Assembly: GCF_003918875.1 (NCBI RefSeq)
Contig: NW_025767191.1
Location: 1,674,001 to 1,738,000 of the forward strand
DNA length: 64,000 bases
Direction: 5' to 3'
Origin: Haliotis rubra
Taxonomy: Eukaryota
Program-made: the position numbers and the translations under genes
The notes under the pieces: generated by a model
The model's input: the letters and a program-made list of their open reading frames with translations, nothing else
Told to the model about the DNA's origin: nothing
Database searches by the model: none
Part shown: one piece after another, positions 12,301 through 25,365 of the stretch
Layout of the letters: each line of letters starts with the position of its first letter
Position numbering within the stretch: position 1 is the stretch's first letter

Positions 12301-15300
12301 CATGCTACGCCCCACCACACCCTGTTAAAACCTACTACACTCTAACACAACCTGTTACGCCCATCTACACCCCACCACACCCTGTTACTCCCTGCTACGC
12401 TCTACCACGCTCTGTTGCGTCCTTCTACACTCTACCACCGCCTGTTACACCCTATCACACCTTGTTACACCCTATCACACCCTACTACACCCCACCACTC
12501 CCTGCTACGCCCAGTTACCCCCATCACACCCTCTTACTCCCTGCTACACCCTACTGCACCCTCTTACTCCCTGCTACACCCTACCACACCCTCTTACTCC
12601 CTGCTACATTCTACCACACCCTCTTACTCACTGCTACACCCTACCACACCCTCTTACTCCCGGATACACCCTACCACACCCTCTTACTCCCTGCTACACC
12701 CTATCACACCCTCTTACTCACTGCTACACCCTATCACACCCTCTTACTCACTGATACACCCTACCACACCATCTTACTCACTGCTACACCCTATCACACC
12801 CTCTTACTCACTAATACACCCTACCACACCCTCTTACTCACTGATACACCCTACCACACCCTCTTACTCACTGATACACCCTACCACACCCTCTTACTCC
12901 CTGCTACACCCTATCACACCCTCTTACTCCCTGATACACCCTACCACACTCTCTTACTCACTGCTACACCCTATCACACCCTCTTACTCACTGCTACACC
13001 CTATCACACCCTCTTACTCACTGCTACACCCTACCACACCCTCTTACTCCCTGCTACACCCTACCACACACTCTTACTCCCTGCTACACCCTATCACACC
13101 CTCTTACTCCCTGCTACACACTATCACGCCCTCTTACTCCCTGGTACACCCTACCGCACCCTCTTACTCCCTGCTACACCCTACCACACCCTCTTACTCC
13201 CTGCTACACCCTATCACACCCTCTTACTCCGTGCGTTACCTATGTTATAGTGCTGTTATACCACTTTAATATCATCTTATACCATTGTGATATCTTATAC
13301 CACTGTTATATCATACCAATGTAACATTATTTTTTATCACTGTAATATCACCTTATATAGCGGCGCAAATGTTTTCGAGTCCCACGCTGGGTAATTTTAT
13401 GGACCCGCGAATAGCAATATTGAGCGAGGACGGGTATTTTATGAGACAGGTATTGACCGAATTCGCCAGTCTATAATTGTTTTATTATGTAATTACCAAA
13501 AAAGCTTCTAAAATCCAAAACATGTCCATTTACTCAAAAAAAGTAATTTTATTTTCACTACAAACCAATGTCTTTTGGTCGGACCTGGGTTGGAGTCAAT
13601 ATGCTTTTCTGTTGACGGTCACGTGACCGCCTCTAGGCCAATCAGGTAGCCGGAAAAATATGCTTGCATAATAATATATTATACCATTGTGATATCATCG
13701 AAAAGCACTCTAGTATCAACTTGTACTATTGATATATCAGCATATGACACTGTAATATCATCTTTCAACACTGTGATATTGTCTACATTACTGTAACATC
13801 ATCTTATACCACTGATCATAACCTTATACCATTGATATATCAGCTTTTATCACTTATATATTATACGATATTTATGTAGCGCACATATCAAGGCAACTAG
13901 TGCTTGCTCAAGGCGCTGGTATTTTTTTCCACGATCATTGGATGTCAGTCTCAACGGCACATCGTGTTAACAATCTCAACTCTCTGGGGAGTATAATCTT
14001 ATAACATTGTGATATCATCTACACTACTGTAACGTCATCTTATCCCACTGTAATATTATCTTGTAATCTTGTTACACCACTGTTTTATCGTCTTATATCC
14101 AGGTTGTGATTCAGTTACTATCAGACTGTGGTGTATGTAGACAGTATACCAGTCATATTGAACTGGTGCTGTCCTGTCTCTGATTCTCACCCAAGTCACT
14201 CTCATCGTCGACGAGGATGATCTCCTTCAGTAGGTGGCTGGGCGTCCTGTTGATGATGCTGTAGACAGTCCTCAGCAGGATGGAGGGCCACTCGTTGTGA
14301 AAAGGGATGACTATACTGGTTGTCGGGAGATCATCCGGGTACGTCATGCTCTGACATCTGAGGAAAGGACACTGGTATAGTTAATGGCCATGTACACATA
14401 AGTCATTGTCATGATGTTCACGGTGCACGCTCAGACATATGCTCCACGTGATGTTGAATAACATGGTATAACATCATCAAAACACCTGTAATGTTGTTCT
14501 TAAACATACATAAACTCTGTCAAAAAAGAAACGCAACCCCTGTATTTTAGAGATTTTGATCTGAAGTTTTAAGACGACACAGCATTTTTATTATGTAAGA
14601 CAGAAGTCTGAAATTTGGCAGAATAATAACCAAGATGGGCATGTTTAAAATTGTCATTTCAAAAGTCATCTCACAGACACCAGTTAGTCACCAGGGGGGC
14701 GTCTTTCTCAGTATCTCGTATGAGCACCACGAGCTGCAATCACTGCACGGCATCTCCTTGGACCAGAACGGATAAGACGCCGGATTCTTTCCTGGGGAAT
14801 GGCTCTCCACTCCTCCTGCAGTGCAACGCCGAGTTGTTGCAGCGTCTGTGGCGGCGGCTGACGTTGACGTACGCGTCGACCCAGAGTATCCACAGGTGTT
14901 CAATAGGGTTGAGGTCTGGTGATTTAGAGGGCTATGGCAAGACATTGACGTTGGAATTCTGCAGAAAGTTCATTGTTGCACGTGCAGTATGAGGCCGGGC
15001 GTTGTCTGGTTGAAAAATCTGTGTCTGTTGGTCAATAATCGGGAGAAGGTGAGGCTGTAATACGTGGTTGATGTAACGTTGGGCTGTCAGGTTCCCTTCA
15101 ACGATCACCAAGTCTGATTTCTGGTTGTATGAGATGGATCCCCAAACCATAACGCTTTCTCCGCCAAATCTGTCCCCTGTCGGACGCAGATGGGCGCAAA
15201 ACGTTCATGACGTCTCCTATACACACGTTTTCTTCCGTCGTGACGTTGCAAAAGAAACGGGATTCATCAGAAAACCAGATGCGCCTCCAGTTTTGTAAAG

Positions 15301-18300
15301 TCCATATCCTTACGTTGTTGCACCACCTGAGTCGTCGGCGGAGATGTAGGGGCGTAGTACAGGTCCAACAACTGGTCTACAGGCACGTAAACCCGCTTCT
15401 TTCAGACGGTTCCTAATCGTTTGAGCTGACACTCTCCTCAAACCTGGTATTTGTGTGGCAGTCACGGTTGGTAGGGCATGCCGATTACGCAGGTGATGGA
15501 CCCGGATGTACCGATCTTGAAGGGGGGTCGTGATTCTTGGCCTTCCACTTCTCGGGCGATCGTTGGTCAAATTGAAGTTGTTGTAGCGGCTCCAAAGTCG
15601 GGATATCGTTGTTTTGTGAACATTTAGGTGCCGTGCAACAGTTCCAAAACTTTCTCCGGCTTGAACACGACCAATGGCGATATTTCGGTCGGCAGCACTC
15701 AATCGTGGCATTTTTAACACAGCTTTTCGGCGACAAATGAATGAATATAATACGAAAGCACATGGGCTTTTATACACCCCTACATTAACTGCCATTTTCA
15801 TGATTTGCATGTGTTTTTTTTGTGCGAAGTCACCATGAGGGTCATTTCATGCGTTGTGACGGAATAAGCAATAAAATACACTTATGCGTACAAATGCAGT
15901 TGTTTGGATGGTAATCTTCATTAATTACGTGTATAATTTCAATACATTCGAATAAAATTTAGTTTGGAAGCAATAACTTCATTCAAACGAATTTTTCATA
16001 TCTGAGGACAGGGGTTGCGTTTCTTTTTTGACAGAGTTTATTTACCAACTGTTATTTAAACATAGTTATTTCAACTTAGTGAAACCCTCTCATATTTACA
16101 GTGCTTACATGCAGAAGTGAAACAAACTATATGTACAGGGGTAGAAATATATATACAAAAGGGGAATAAGACATTTAAAATAAAGTAATACATTGAATCC
16201 ATGAATTATTTAGACAATATACGTTATATCCAATTACTGAACCTTCTAGAGTTTGATATATATTCTCGAACTTGTTTAAAAATGCTGTTCTCAAATATAC
16301 ATATTTACCAACTGTCATCTTTTCAAAGTTGTAGAAATGGTGATATTGGGTTAAATGACAATATTTGTATATGTTTAATAAAAATGCATTAAGATAATGA
16401 TATACGGACCACACATAACGTATTGGGGAAATCAGTGGTACTGCACGAAGTAGCTGAAAACGTGTACAGTAGCTCCAGCCTACTTCATGACAGCGATGAA
16501 CGGGGAAAGTAGGATCCAATTATTCATAAAACACGTTCACGGGGAAATTAAACCTGTTGTTCTGCATTGTACAGACAGCTTTACATCAGTCACTATTGGC
16601 CAAGATATAGGTATGCAAGATATGTTCACTATGATCGCCGTAGAGGACTCCGGTAAAGTAAAATGGTAGAGTATATTATGGAGAGACGGAAGGAGCACAT
16701 GGCTCGGGTCAAACCTGACGTTATGTCAGCTCAAGGTCACAAGAAGTATGTTTAACTCGAAAGTTGCACAAAACATTTCTGTTATACACAGGGATCACTG
16801 AGCCTCTTGGTATGTAAGAGTGAGTGAGGTTCACGCTGTGCATCGTCCCTGAAACAATAATATAATGACTGTAAACTTCATTTGAGAAGGAGGCCCACAG
16901 TCGCGCCGATATTTGACGTTTACCAATTTTGAGAAAATCCACGTATGTAGAGACATAACCAGAGGTTGAAACTCACTATCATAGGACGCAGCTGCGCAAA
17001 ATGCACAAAGGCGCCTTGAACACTTGAGTGATTTGTGCACCCCTGTGGGAACCGGGCTGTAAATGCTATCTCATCTAGGCACCCTCTAAGAGTATACCGT
17101 TACACAGGGCTACCCATTACAGTATAGTCGGTCTCACAGTCTTCCCCTTCTGCCCAGCCCTTTCTGCAATGCTAAAGACCTAAACAGAAGCAAGTGTAGA
17201 TTCCTCAGGTTCACGATCTCCCATTTCACTGGGACTCAGTTTCAAGTTTAAAAGGTATTGCTTGTTTCTATCAACGTTCCACTTATCTCAGCGACTAAAG
17301 GGAACGGTGCGGTAGCCTAGTGGTTAAAGTGTTCGCTCTTCACGCCGACGACCCGGGTTCGATTCCCCACATGGGTACAATTAATGTGTGAAACCCATTT
17401 CCGGTGTCCCCTGCCGTGAAATTGCTGGAATATTGCTACTCACTCACTCACTCAGCGACTAAGCGTTAGTCTAATTATAGCATGTTAATTCAGCTACCTC
17501 TAGCTGACAATATCCAATCATCTGGTTGGACATCTACGAGGTATGATGAACCTGGTAGGATAGACACCAGGGTTGGGAAAGGAGGGAGGGATCCCAACAG
17601 CTGGCCAGCACATCTCTCTCGCACATCCCGCCCGAAACCCAGTCAACAGGACGATACCGTCCGTTTCACTGTGACCCGACCTGATTCCCACTAGCTAGGC
17701 GGGCGAGAAGAGATACAACTGTGTTTGCACACACGGGAGTAGGGCACAAGAGGCAGACCCCGCTACGGGCCACGGGGACTAAATATTAACTGTTCAATAA
17801 ATACAAACGACCCCTTCTTTGAAGAAAACAAAAGTTTCATGGCACCAAATTAAGAAGCCAGTCTTGAGTAACTTTCCATAACTTCGGTAGTTTCTTAGAA
17901 TATTTGTCTCCATTACACACACTATGCACCGAGTAAAATATAATCGATAAAGGGCGGCAACTGTATTTACTCAAATTAAAAAACGTAGAAAGGGAAGTAA
18001 CTCTTGAAAGAAATAATTGATGCCACTAACTTGATACTTATGTGTCTTTGTGAAGTGTCATTCTTGTAACTTCAGTAGTTTCTGAGAAAAGCTGTCTCCA
18101 TTTCACACAGTGTGCTTAAGTTAAAAAGCATGGAGCAAGGGCCAGAGCTCTGTATAAATATATTTAAGACACCAATTGTCGAACACATTTCTACCCGTGA
18201 AGGTCCGGGTTAGAATGTGCCTTCAGTAACCCTTGCTTGTCGTAAGAGCCGACTAACGGGATCGGGTGGTCAGGCTCGCTGACTTGGTTGACATATGTCA

Positions 18301-21300
18301 TCGGTTCCCCATTGCACAGATCGAGGTGCTCATGGTGTTGATCACTGGATTGTCTGATCCAGACTCGATTATTTACAGACCGCCGCCATATAGCTGGCGG
18401 TGTAAAACAAACTCACTCACACGCTCACTCATTCGAACACATTTCACATCGTGACCACCAACATCAGTGTATAAAATAAGTGTTCCCTAACTTCCAACAA
18501 GATTTAAGCAAAGTTTTCCCCATTTCTCGCGGTTTGCGTGAATGTTGCGAAGCTGAAAAACATTACAAGGTAAGAACTCTAAAAGCAATTTAAGACACCA
18601 ATTTTCCAACTCATTTTCGATCGTGAAAAGTTACATCAATGTGAAGAATTTATGTTCTCCAACAAAGCAGTTTTTGAGGAAAGAAGCGAATGAAGCGATG
18701 AAGCGAACGAAACTTCGCGATGGAGAAAGGGTAAATACAAACTGTTCAGCATTAGGATATCACTCCTCATACGTAAAACCTTCAACTAACGTTTCCAAAG
18801 CTGTATGCTCTCCTGCTACAGAGGTGTACCACTGGCAAGTATACCCTTTTGTCTACAGTACACCTGTCTATCTACACAACATACAGAGGGGACACTATCA
18901 ACAGTACACGTGTCTATCTACACAACATCCAGAGGGGACACTATCAACAGTACACGTGTCTATCTACACAACATACAGAGGGGACGCTATCAACAGTACA
19001 CGTGTCTATCTACACGACATCCAGAGGGGACGCTATCAACAGTACACCTGTCTATCTACACAATATACAGAGGGGACGCTATCAACAGTACACGTGTCTA
19101 TCTACACACCATCCAGAGGGGACGCTATCAACAGTACACCTGTCTATCTACACAACATACAGAGGGGACGCTATCAACAGTACACGTGTCTATTTACACA
19201 ACATACAGAGGGGACACTATTAACAGTACACGTGTCTATCTACACAACATACAGAGGGGACACTATCAACAGTACACGTGTCTATCTACACAACATCCAG
19301 AGGGGACGCTATCAACAGTACACCTGTCTATCTACACAACATACAGAGGGGACACTATCAACATTACACCTGTCTATCTACACAACATACAGAGGGGACG
19401 CTATCAACAGTCACCTGTCTATCTACACAACATCCAGAGGGGACGCTATCAACAGTACACGCGTCTATCTACACGACATACAGAGGGGACGCTATCAACA
19501 GTACACGTGTCTATCTACACAACATACAGAGGGGACACTATCAACAGTACACGTGTCTATCTACACAACATACAGAGGGGACGCTATCAACAGTACACGT
19601 GTCTATCTACACGACATACAGAGGGGACGCTATCAACAGTACACGTGTCTATCTACACAACATACAGAGGGGACACTATCAACAGTACACCTGTGTATCT
19701 ACACAACATACAGAGGGGACACTATCAACAGTACACCTGTCTATCTACACAACATCCAGAGGGGACACTATCAACAGTACACGTGTCTATCTACACAACA
19801 TACAGAGGGGACACTATCAACAGTACACGTGTCTATCTACACAACATACAGAGGGGACGCTATCAACAGTACACGTGTCTATCTACACAACATACAGAGG
19901 GGACACTATCAACAGTACACGTGTCTATCTACACAACATACAGAGGGGACACTATCAACAGTACACGTGTCTATCTACACAACATACAGAGGGGACACTA
20001 TCAACAGTACACGTGTCTATCTACACAACATACAGAGGGAACGCTATCAACAGTGCACGTGTCTATCTACACAACATCCAGAGGGGACGCTATCAACAGT
20101 ACACGTGTCTATCTACACAACATACAGAGGGGACGCTATCAACAGTACACCTGTCTATCTACACAACATACAGAGGGGACGCTATCAACAGTACACGTGT
20201 CTATCTACACAACATCCAGAGGGGACACTATCAACAGTACACGTGTCTATCTACACAACATCCAGAGGGGACACTATCAACAGTACACGTGTCTATCTAC
20301 ACAACATACAGAGGGGACGCTATCAACAGTACACGTGTCTATCTACACAACATACAGAGGGGACACTATCAACAGTACACGTGTCTATCTACACAACATC
20401 CAGAGGGGACGCTATCAACAGTACACCTGTCTATTTACACAACATACAGAGGGGACGCTATCAACAGTACACGTGTCTATCTACACAACATACAGAGGGG
20501 ACGCTATCAACAGTACACGTGTCTATCTACACAACATCCAGAGGGGACGCTATCAACAGTACACGTGTCTATCTACACAACATCCAGAGGGGACGCTATC
20601 AACAGGACACGTGTCTATCTATACACCATCCAGAGGGGACGCTATGAACAGTACACGTGTCTATCTAGACAACATCCAAAGGGAACGCTATGAACAGTAC
20701 ACGTGTCTATCTACACAACATCCAGAGGGGACGCTATGAACAGTACGAGTATCTATGGTTTTGATTAGCATTGTCAATATTGTGGTTATGTGCACGCTCA
20801 TCGTAGCGCTATCGGTACAGGATGAATGCGATCTGACCTGCGGTATTTGCCATTCCTTATTAAGGTAGATCATATTGCTGAAAGGACAATTTCGAATTCG
20901 AAATGTAAATTAAAGGTTTTCTGCTTGCGCGTTGAACACGACGTCACTTAATGTAAATGTACCTTATACATGTACTTGGCGTATTAAACAGTATTTCGTA
21001 TATTGTATTTATGACTGTTGGCATGGAAATCCATTTGGCAGCTTGGAACTCCACTATCTCATAATGAGACAGTGGAAATATACGCGAGGCGCAGTCACAC
21101 TCTCTAAATGAGACTATGCTGAAAATCGACACTACCTTTACTTAATATGACGAGGCTTTCGGAGTTAGGAATGCAATAACACCGTGTTACTTTACACCAG
21201 CTTTCCCCGATCTCGTCAGTCAGAAATGTAACTCGAGACACAACAGGATGCCTCATCTATCTGTGTGTAGGTGCGGCAGTGACAATGTGTGACAGCACCT

Positions 21301-24300
21301 TCAGGCTGTGTAGCGGTGACAAGGAACTAGTCTACCCCGGTACTGCACACCCATACATATAGGTCATCACAGCAACATGGCGCAGAAGTGGCCACATGCG
21401 TTGATTACGGATTCACGACACTCGGAACACTCACTCAGGTTACTTTGAAGCAAAACGAATTGGCCAATTATGTATGGAACTTGATTTTAACGTATTAACT
21501 TTGATGTTTTCATTCTATTTATGAGCGGAAGGGTAACGCAGGGTCTCAGAAACACGGACAATAAACACCATGACAGTTTGGCTGTGAACTTGGTTCCGCC
21601 GTTAAGAATTTTCAGTAGAATGTGCCGAATGTTATATTCCTCCCATACAGCTTGTTTGTTCCTCGTCCTGGCATGTGGTACCACTTTAGCCGCCGGCGTA
21701 CTTGTGCCTGCGTGCCTGCCTGCCTGCTTGTGTGTGTGTGTGTGCCTTATGGAAGACAAGTGCCTGGCTTCAATATATTCATTTGAGAATATCGCCTTCC
21801 TATGCCCGTAGCAGTCTTAACAAAATATGTAAGGGAAAACTGGATCACAATTCAAACTTTGCATAAGAAAAACTTTTCTTATTATCGACGAAACTTTGTA
21901 CAGCTTAAAACTATAACATTTTATTCCCGTATACATGCTATGGCATTAAATCTTTCCTCTATTTTTGTTGGTCTTTGGTAAAACTGGGACTGATGACTAG
22001 TTTTAGTTACGAAGTAACGTGAAGATGACTCACTGATAACTCACAGTAAATTGTACACAATTTACATACTACGGGCGCATAGCAAATGTAACAATCAAAA
22101 CATTGTTGACTGATAGCACATGTAATATTTTAACACTGTCGACTGAGAGCACATGTGATACTAGTATTTAAACAATGTTGACTGATAGCACATGTAACAT
22201 TTAAACATTGTTGACAGATTTCATATGTACCATTTAAACATTGTTGGCTGATAGCACATGTAATATTTAAACATTGTTGACAGATAGCACATGTAACGTT
22301 TAAACATTGTTGACAGATAGCACATATAACATTTAAACATTGTTGGCTGTTAGCACATGTAACATTTAAACATTGTTGACTAATAGCATATGTAATACTT
22401 AAACATTGTTGACTGTTAGCACATGTAACATTTGAACATCGTTGACAGATAGCACATTTAACGTTAAAACATTGTTGACAGATTGCACATATAACGTTAA
22501 AACATTGTTGACAGATAGCACATGTAACGTTTAAACATTGTTGACAGATAGCACATGTAACGTTTAAACATTGTTGACAGATAGCACATATAACGTTAAA
22601 ACATTGTTGACAGATAGCACATATAACGTTAAAACATTGTTGACAGATAGCACATGTAACGTTTAAACATTGTTGACTAATAGCATATGTAATACTTAAA
22701 CATTGTTGACTGTTAGCACATGTAACATTTGAACATTGTTGACAGATAGCACATGTAACGTTAAAACATTGTTGACAGATAGCACATGTAACGTTAAAAC
22801 ATTGTTGACAGATAGCACATGTAACGTTAAAACATTGTTGACAGATAGCACATGTAACATTTAAACATTGTTGACTAATAGCATATGTAATACTTAAACA
22901 TTGTTGACTGTTAGCACATGTAACATTTGAACATTGTTGACATAGAAGCACATGTAACGTTAAAACATTGTTGACAGATAGCACATGTAACGTTTAAACT
23001 TTGTTGACAGATAGCACATGTAACGTTAAAACATTGTTGACAGATAGCACATATAACATTTAAACATTGTTGACAGATAGCACATGTAACGTTAAAACAT
23101 TGTTGGCTGATAGCACATGTAACGTTTAAACATTGTTGACAGATAGCACATGTAACATTTAAACATTGTTGACAGTTAGCACGCGTAATATTTAAACGCT
23201 GTCGACTGAGAGTAAAGCTAACATCTACAAATCTTGTACTGATAGCAACAACACAACATGTACGGACACCCGATGGTGCATTTTATACAATGTTTGCTTA
23301 TATTTAAAGATAACATTTGAATACAGTTTAGGGCGAAGGAGAACTCTTCTGATCATATCATCAACCTGACATCGAGACATCGACATTGACTGAACAAACT
23401 GGCAATAGACGGACACTGTACGAGAATACGGGAACATTGAACATACTGGCAATAGACGGAAACTGTACGAGAATATGGGAACAATGAACATACTGTCAAT
23501 AGACGGACACTGTACGAGAATATGGGGAACACTGAAAATACTGTCAATAGACGGACTCTGTACGAGAATATGGGAGCATTGAACACACTGGCAATAGACG
23601 GACACTGTACGAGAATATGGGGAACACTGAAAATACTGTCAATTGACGGACACTGTACGAGAATATGGGAGCATTGAACACACTGGCAATAGACGGACAC
23701 TGTACCAGAATGTAGGAACACTGAACGCCCTGGCAATAGACTAAGACCCTTTAATGTGTATGGAAATATTGATGTCGCGTCAACAAGCGTACACAGTGTA
23801 GATGTACATGTAGCTGTTGGTGTACTGACAAGCTCAGAGCCAATCATTGATCACCTAAACACGGGATAGACACATATAAGTAAACCCTGGAGCATTTATC
23901 GACCGCCCTGACAAACCAACAGTCCTCCCACTAATCCGTGAAGCACAACTCTCGTGTGATAGGCTGTCAATCGACACCTATCAGATATATCAGCACGAGG
24001 TACTGGCAGTAAAGCAGCTATACAGAAAGCGCTATGAACATATATCGTAGTGGCCTGTCACGACAGCAGCATCTAACATAACACAGTAACGTGACTATCA
24101 CTCTTTTGTTGAGAGGGCAACACGCAGGGAGAAATACGGTACTGAGACCATGTAAGGAATCAATGAGTTCGGCTAGTGATGTCGGATGAAAGGGTTGAAG
24201 CGTTTCTACTTTATTAAAACCCACACGCTTCACGTGAAGCAGCAGACGACAATTGTTTCAGTGAGTGAGTTTGACCTGACGCAGCTTTAGAAGTGTTGTA

Positions 24301-25365
24301 GTCGTGTCAGGTATTGTAGGTTTGTTTGTCAAACAATCCCATCTACACCGTGCTGAGAGGGCTCACTTGGCGTCACTTTGTAACCATGGTAACATGAAGC
24401 CATCGAGAGACGTCTTTTCGATGTCATGAACTAAGGTTGGGAGTCACAGCTGTTAAAACTGAATAATTCTAATGGTAGTTTACTGCGAAAACTGTGCCAA
24501 TCCCTGTGCGCTGTGGATATGTTAATGCATGTTAATCCCCAGGCATCATCCTTCAAGTTCCATACTCACTACAATTTGTAACAGTTGTCCTCGCTTTCTA
24601 GTCTAGCCAGTCTTATTGTAGTATTAATGAAATATATTGGCCTGTTTACTAAGCACGACATACCAGTCTATTCACTGAACGGCTATGCGCTGCATGTCTT
24701 ACTCAGTATACCTACAGTAGATTCTCCACAGAGTGAGTGAGTGAATGAATTGGGTTTTACGCCGCTTTTAGCAATATTCCAGCAATATCACGGCGGGGGA
24801 CACCAGAAATGGGCTTCACACATTGTACCCATATGGGGAATCGAACCCGGGTCTTCAGAGTGACGAGCCAACGCTTTAACCACTAGGCTACCCCACCGCC
24901 CCTTCTCCACAGAGGCGATTATGTAAGAAGAATGTCTTTTTGATCGCATAGTAAACATCATATGAATAGGTCTGTTGCTTCGTTTATGACATCACACATG
25001 ACCTCACACAGTTACAGAGATACTACCTACCCGGTCGGCCTTGAGTCGGGGACCAGTCTGTTGAGGGGTATGATGTCGCTAGCGTAGACGTTCACCCGGT
25101 ATTTCTTCATGGCCCACTCGGCCCGGCGCTTCTCCTCGGGTGCCAGGACCACGCCCCTTCCCAGCTCGCCCGCAAGACGAAGGTCATTCGTGCCATATTT
25201 TGTGATTAAAGTGTTGTCGTCCTTCGACTTTCCATGGTTGATGTACGCCCTTTTGAGACTGTCTGTCCGCTGTGTCGTGGTGCTGACAAGATGGTATATC
25301 TTCCCCACAACCAGCACCACGACCACAGTCCCCAACAGCAAACCGTATCGGAAGTGGATACGCAT
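177..25365 (-). CDS. GALNT: Polypeptide N-acetylgalactosaminyltransferase (GT27/GALNT family), 10 coding exons, about 588 aa; two apparent 1-nt frameshifts (exons 6 and 9)
   Basis: Hand-spliced on GT-AG sites: N-terminal TM anchor, [23 protein letters not shown], DxH motif [25 protein letters not shown]-terminal ricin-B lectin repeats. The paralog number cannot be assigned. Confidence 0.95.
510..1400. repeat. Degenerate ~31-bp minisatellite
   Basis: Unit GGCCTCAGCCTACTTCATCCCACCTTCCATT. Confidence 0.9.
1480..1613 (-). CDS. GALNT: GALNT coding exon 9 (lectin beta repeat; apparent -1 nt)
   Basis: ttgcag|[19 protein letters not shown]...QDCIEG, then TETWDYIL in the adjacent frame; donor TG|gtgaga. 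Confidence 0.85.
1816..1881 (+). mobile_element. Severely 5'-truncated SINE/LINE tail
   Basis: 3' end similar to families A/B with (ACTC)n; flanked by direct repeat CCTTTGCA. Confidence 0.55.
2403..2740 (-). mobile_element. tRNA-derived SINE with a MetaSINE-like core, 5' truncated
   Basis: B-box-like GGTTTCGATCC; core GTCATACCAAAAGAC...CCTGCCTGGCGCTCGGCATTAA; (CCTCA)n tail; 13-bp TSD CAGACGCGAAAGA (2390-2402 and 2741-2753). The superfamily name is from memory. Confidence 0.8.
2949..3053 (-). CDS. GALNT: GALNT coding exon 8 (lectin alpha repeat)
   Basis: tttacag|[35 protein letters not shown]|gtcagt; 105 nt, phase 0-0. Confidence 0.88.
3350..4955. repeat. ~52-bp GC-rich minisatellite, about 30 copies, containing the exon 7 donor
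   Basis: Unit CCCGCCCACAGTCACCCCGGCAACTACTCACCCCCGAGTACCAGCATCAATCT. Confidence 0.97.
4953..5087 (-). CDS. GALNT: GALNT coding exon 7
   Basis: tgacag|[33 protein letters not shown]...AWGG|gtgagt. Confidence 0.93.
5646..5832 (-). CDS. GALNT: GALNT coding exon 6 (apparent +1 nt near the 3' end)
   Basis: ccacag|[28 protein letters not shown]...[16 protein letters not shown]; donor AAG|gtgagg. Confidence 0.92.
6068..7045. repeat. 35-bp minisatellite, about 27 copies, derived from the exon 5 donor junction
   Basis: Unit CCTGCCTCACTCACCCTCAAAACCAGTTCCCTCAT. Confidence 0.97.
7031..7148 (-). CDS. GALNT: GALNT coding exon 5 (Gal/GalNAc-T motif)
   Basis: caacag|; [39 protein letters not shown]; donor AGG|gtgagt. 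Confidence 0.95.
7426..7629 (-). CDS. GALNT: GALNT coding exon 4
   Basis: cctcag|; [30 protein letters not shown]...YGFDWRLVF; donor CC|gtgagt. Confidence 0.93.
7941..8560. mobile_element. MITE-like element with ~100-bp imperfect TIRs
   Basis: GTATTATTC..CTGCTATACTG..ACAAACCCTA..TCGCGTC inverted at both ends; flanked by the 12-bp direct repeat TGCATAGCAACG. Confidence 0.75.
8592..8769 (-). CDS. GALNT: GALNT coding exon 3 (DxH motif)
   Basis: ttccag|; [10 protein letters not shown]...[11 protein letters not shown]...[12 protein letters not shown]; donor TG|gtacga. Confidence 0.95.
9127..9670. repeat. 30-bp minisatellite, about 18 copies
   Basis: Unit CAAGATCAGATTATG(C/T)ATGTATACTATG(C/T)T. 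Confidence 0.98.
11030..11520. repeat. 48-bp minisatellite
   Basis: Unit GTCGACAAATTGACGATCTCCGTTATAAGACAGTGTGCCAGTATAGGC. Confidence 0.93.
11660..11827. mobile_element. pogo/Tc1-type MITE (168 bp)
   Basis: 26-bp TIR CAGTCA(A/G)CTCTCGTTAATCCGACACT, TA TSD, internal TGTCGGATTAA repeats. Confidence 0.88.
12230..13230. repeat. 30-bp C-rich minisatellite
   Basis: Unit CCCTGCTACACCCTACCACACCCTCTTACT. Confidence 0.97.
14191..14357 (-). CDS. GALNT: GALNT coding exon 2
   Basis: cctcag|A TGT; [55 protein letters not shown]; donor G|gtgaga; phases agree with neighbours. Confidence 0.95.
14513..16038 (-). mobile_element. Full-length inactive Tc1 (DD34E) DNA transposon in GALNT intron 1
   Basis: 31-bp perfect TIRs (AACTCTGTCAAAAAAGAAACGCAACCCCTGT) and TA TSD; transposase 15711->14708 with HTH, GRPR, SDES, DNARPH-x-NPIE (34 spacing), broken by frameshifts and a stop. 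Confidence 0.96.
17299..17450 (+). mobile_element. tRNA-derived SINE, family A
   Basis: A box TAGCCTAGTGG, B box GGTTCGATTCC, (ACTC)n tail, 12-bp TSD CTCAGCGACTAA. Confidence 0.9.
18192..18432 (+). mobile_element. SINE family B (Nin-domain-like core)
   Basis: Core GCTTGTCGTAAGAG(G/C)CGACTAA, (ACTC)n tail, 13-bp TSD TCGAACACATTTC; second copy at 58621. Confidence 0.85.
18852..20750. repeat. 46-bp minisatellite, about 41 copies
   Basis: Unit CAGTACACGTGTCTATCTACACAACATACAGAGGGGACGCTATCAA; stop-free in all three plus frames, which creates the 470-670 aa ORFs. Confidence 0.98.
22080..23210. repeat. 33-bp minisatellite
   Basis: Unit AACATTGTTGACAGATAGCACATGTAACGTTTA. Confidence 0.97.
23390..23742. 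repeat. 47-48-bp minisatellite
   Basis: Unit GGCAATAGACGGACACTGTACGAGAATATGGGAGCATTGAACACACT. Confidence 0.93.
24734..24902 (-). mobile_element. tRNA-derived SINE, family A
   Basis: Homologous to the 17299 copy; 12-bp TSD TTCTCCACAGAG. Confidence 0.92.
25031..25365 (-). CDS. GALNT: GALNT coding exon 1 (TM anchor and stem)
   Basis: [21 protein letters not shown]...GELGRGV...[20 protein letters not shown]; donor GG|gtaggt, phase 2. Confidence 0.92.

Noticed and set aside
13357-13675. CpG-rich insertion interrupting a degenerate AT-rich repeat
   Set aside because: Probably a non-autonomous element, but I could not define TIRs or a TSD.
17299-17375. tRNA gene (also at ~24830-24902 and ~40490-40565)
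   Set aside because: These are SINE heads: they continue into a shared body and (ACTC)n tail, and two of the three copies have clear TSDs.
18623-20739. 470-674 aa ORFs
   Set aside because: A stop-free 46-bp unit is read through all three frames; the period is not a multiple of 3.
22130-22984. Cys-rich CxxCxxC ORF resembling a metallothionein or ferredoxin
   Set aside because: Translation of a 33-bp intronic minisatellite; no credible start or splice context.
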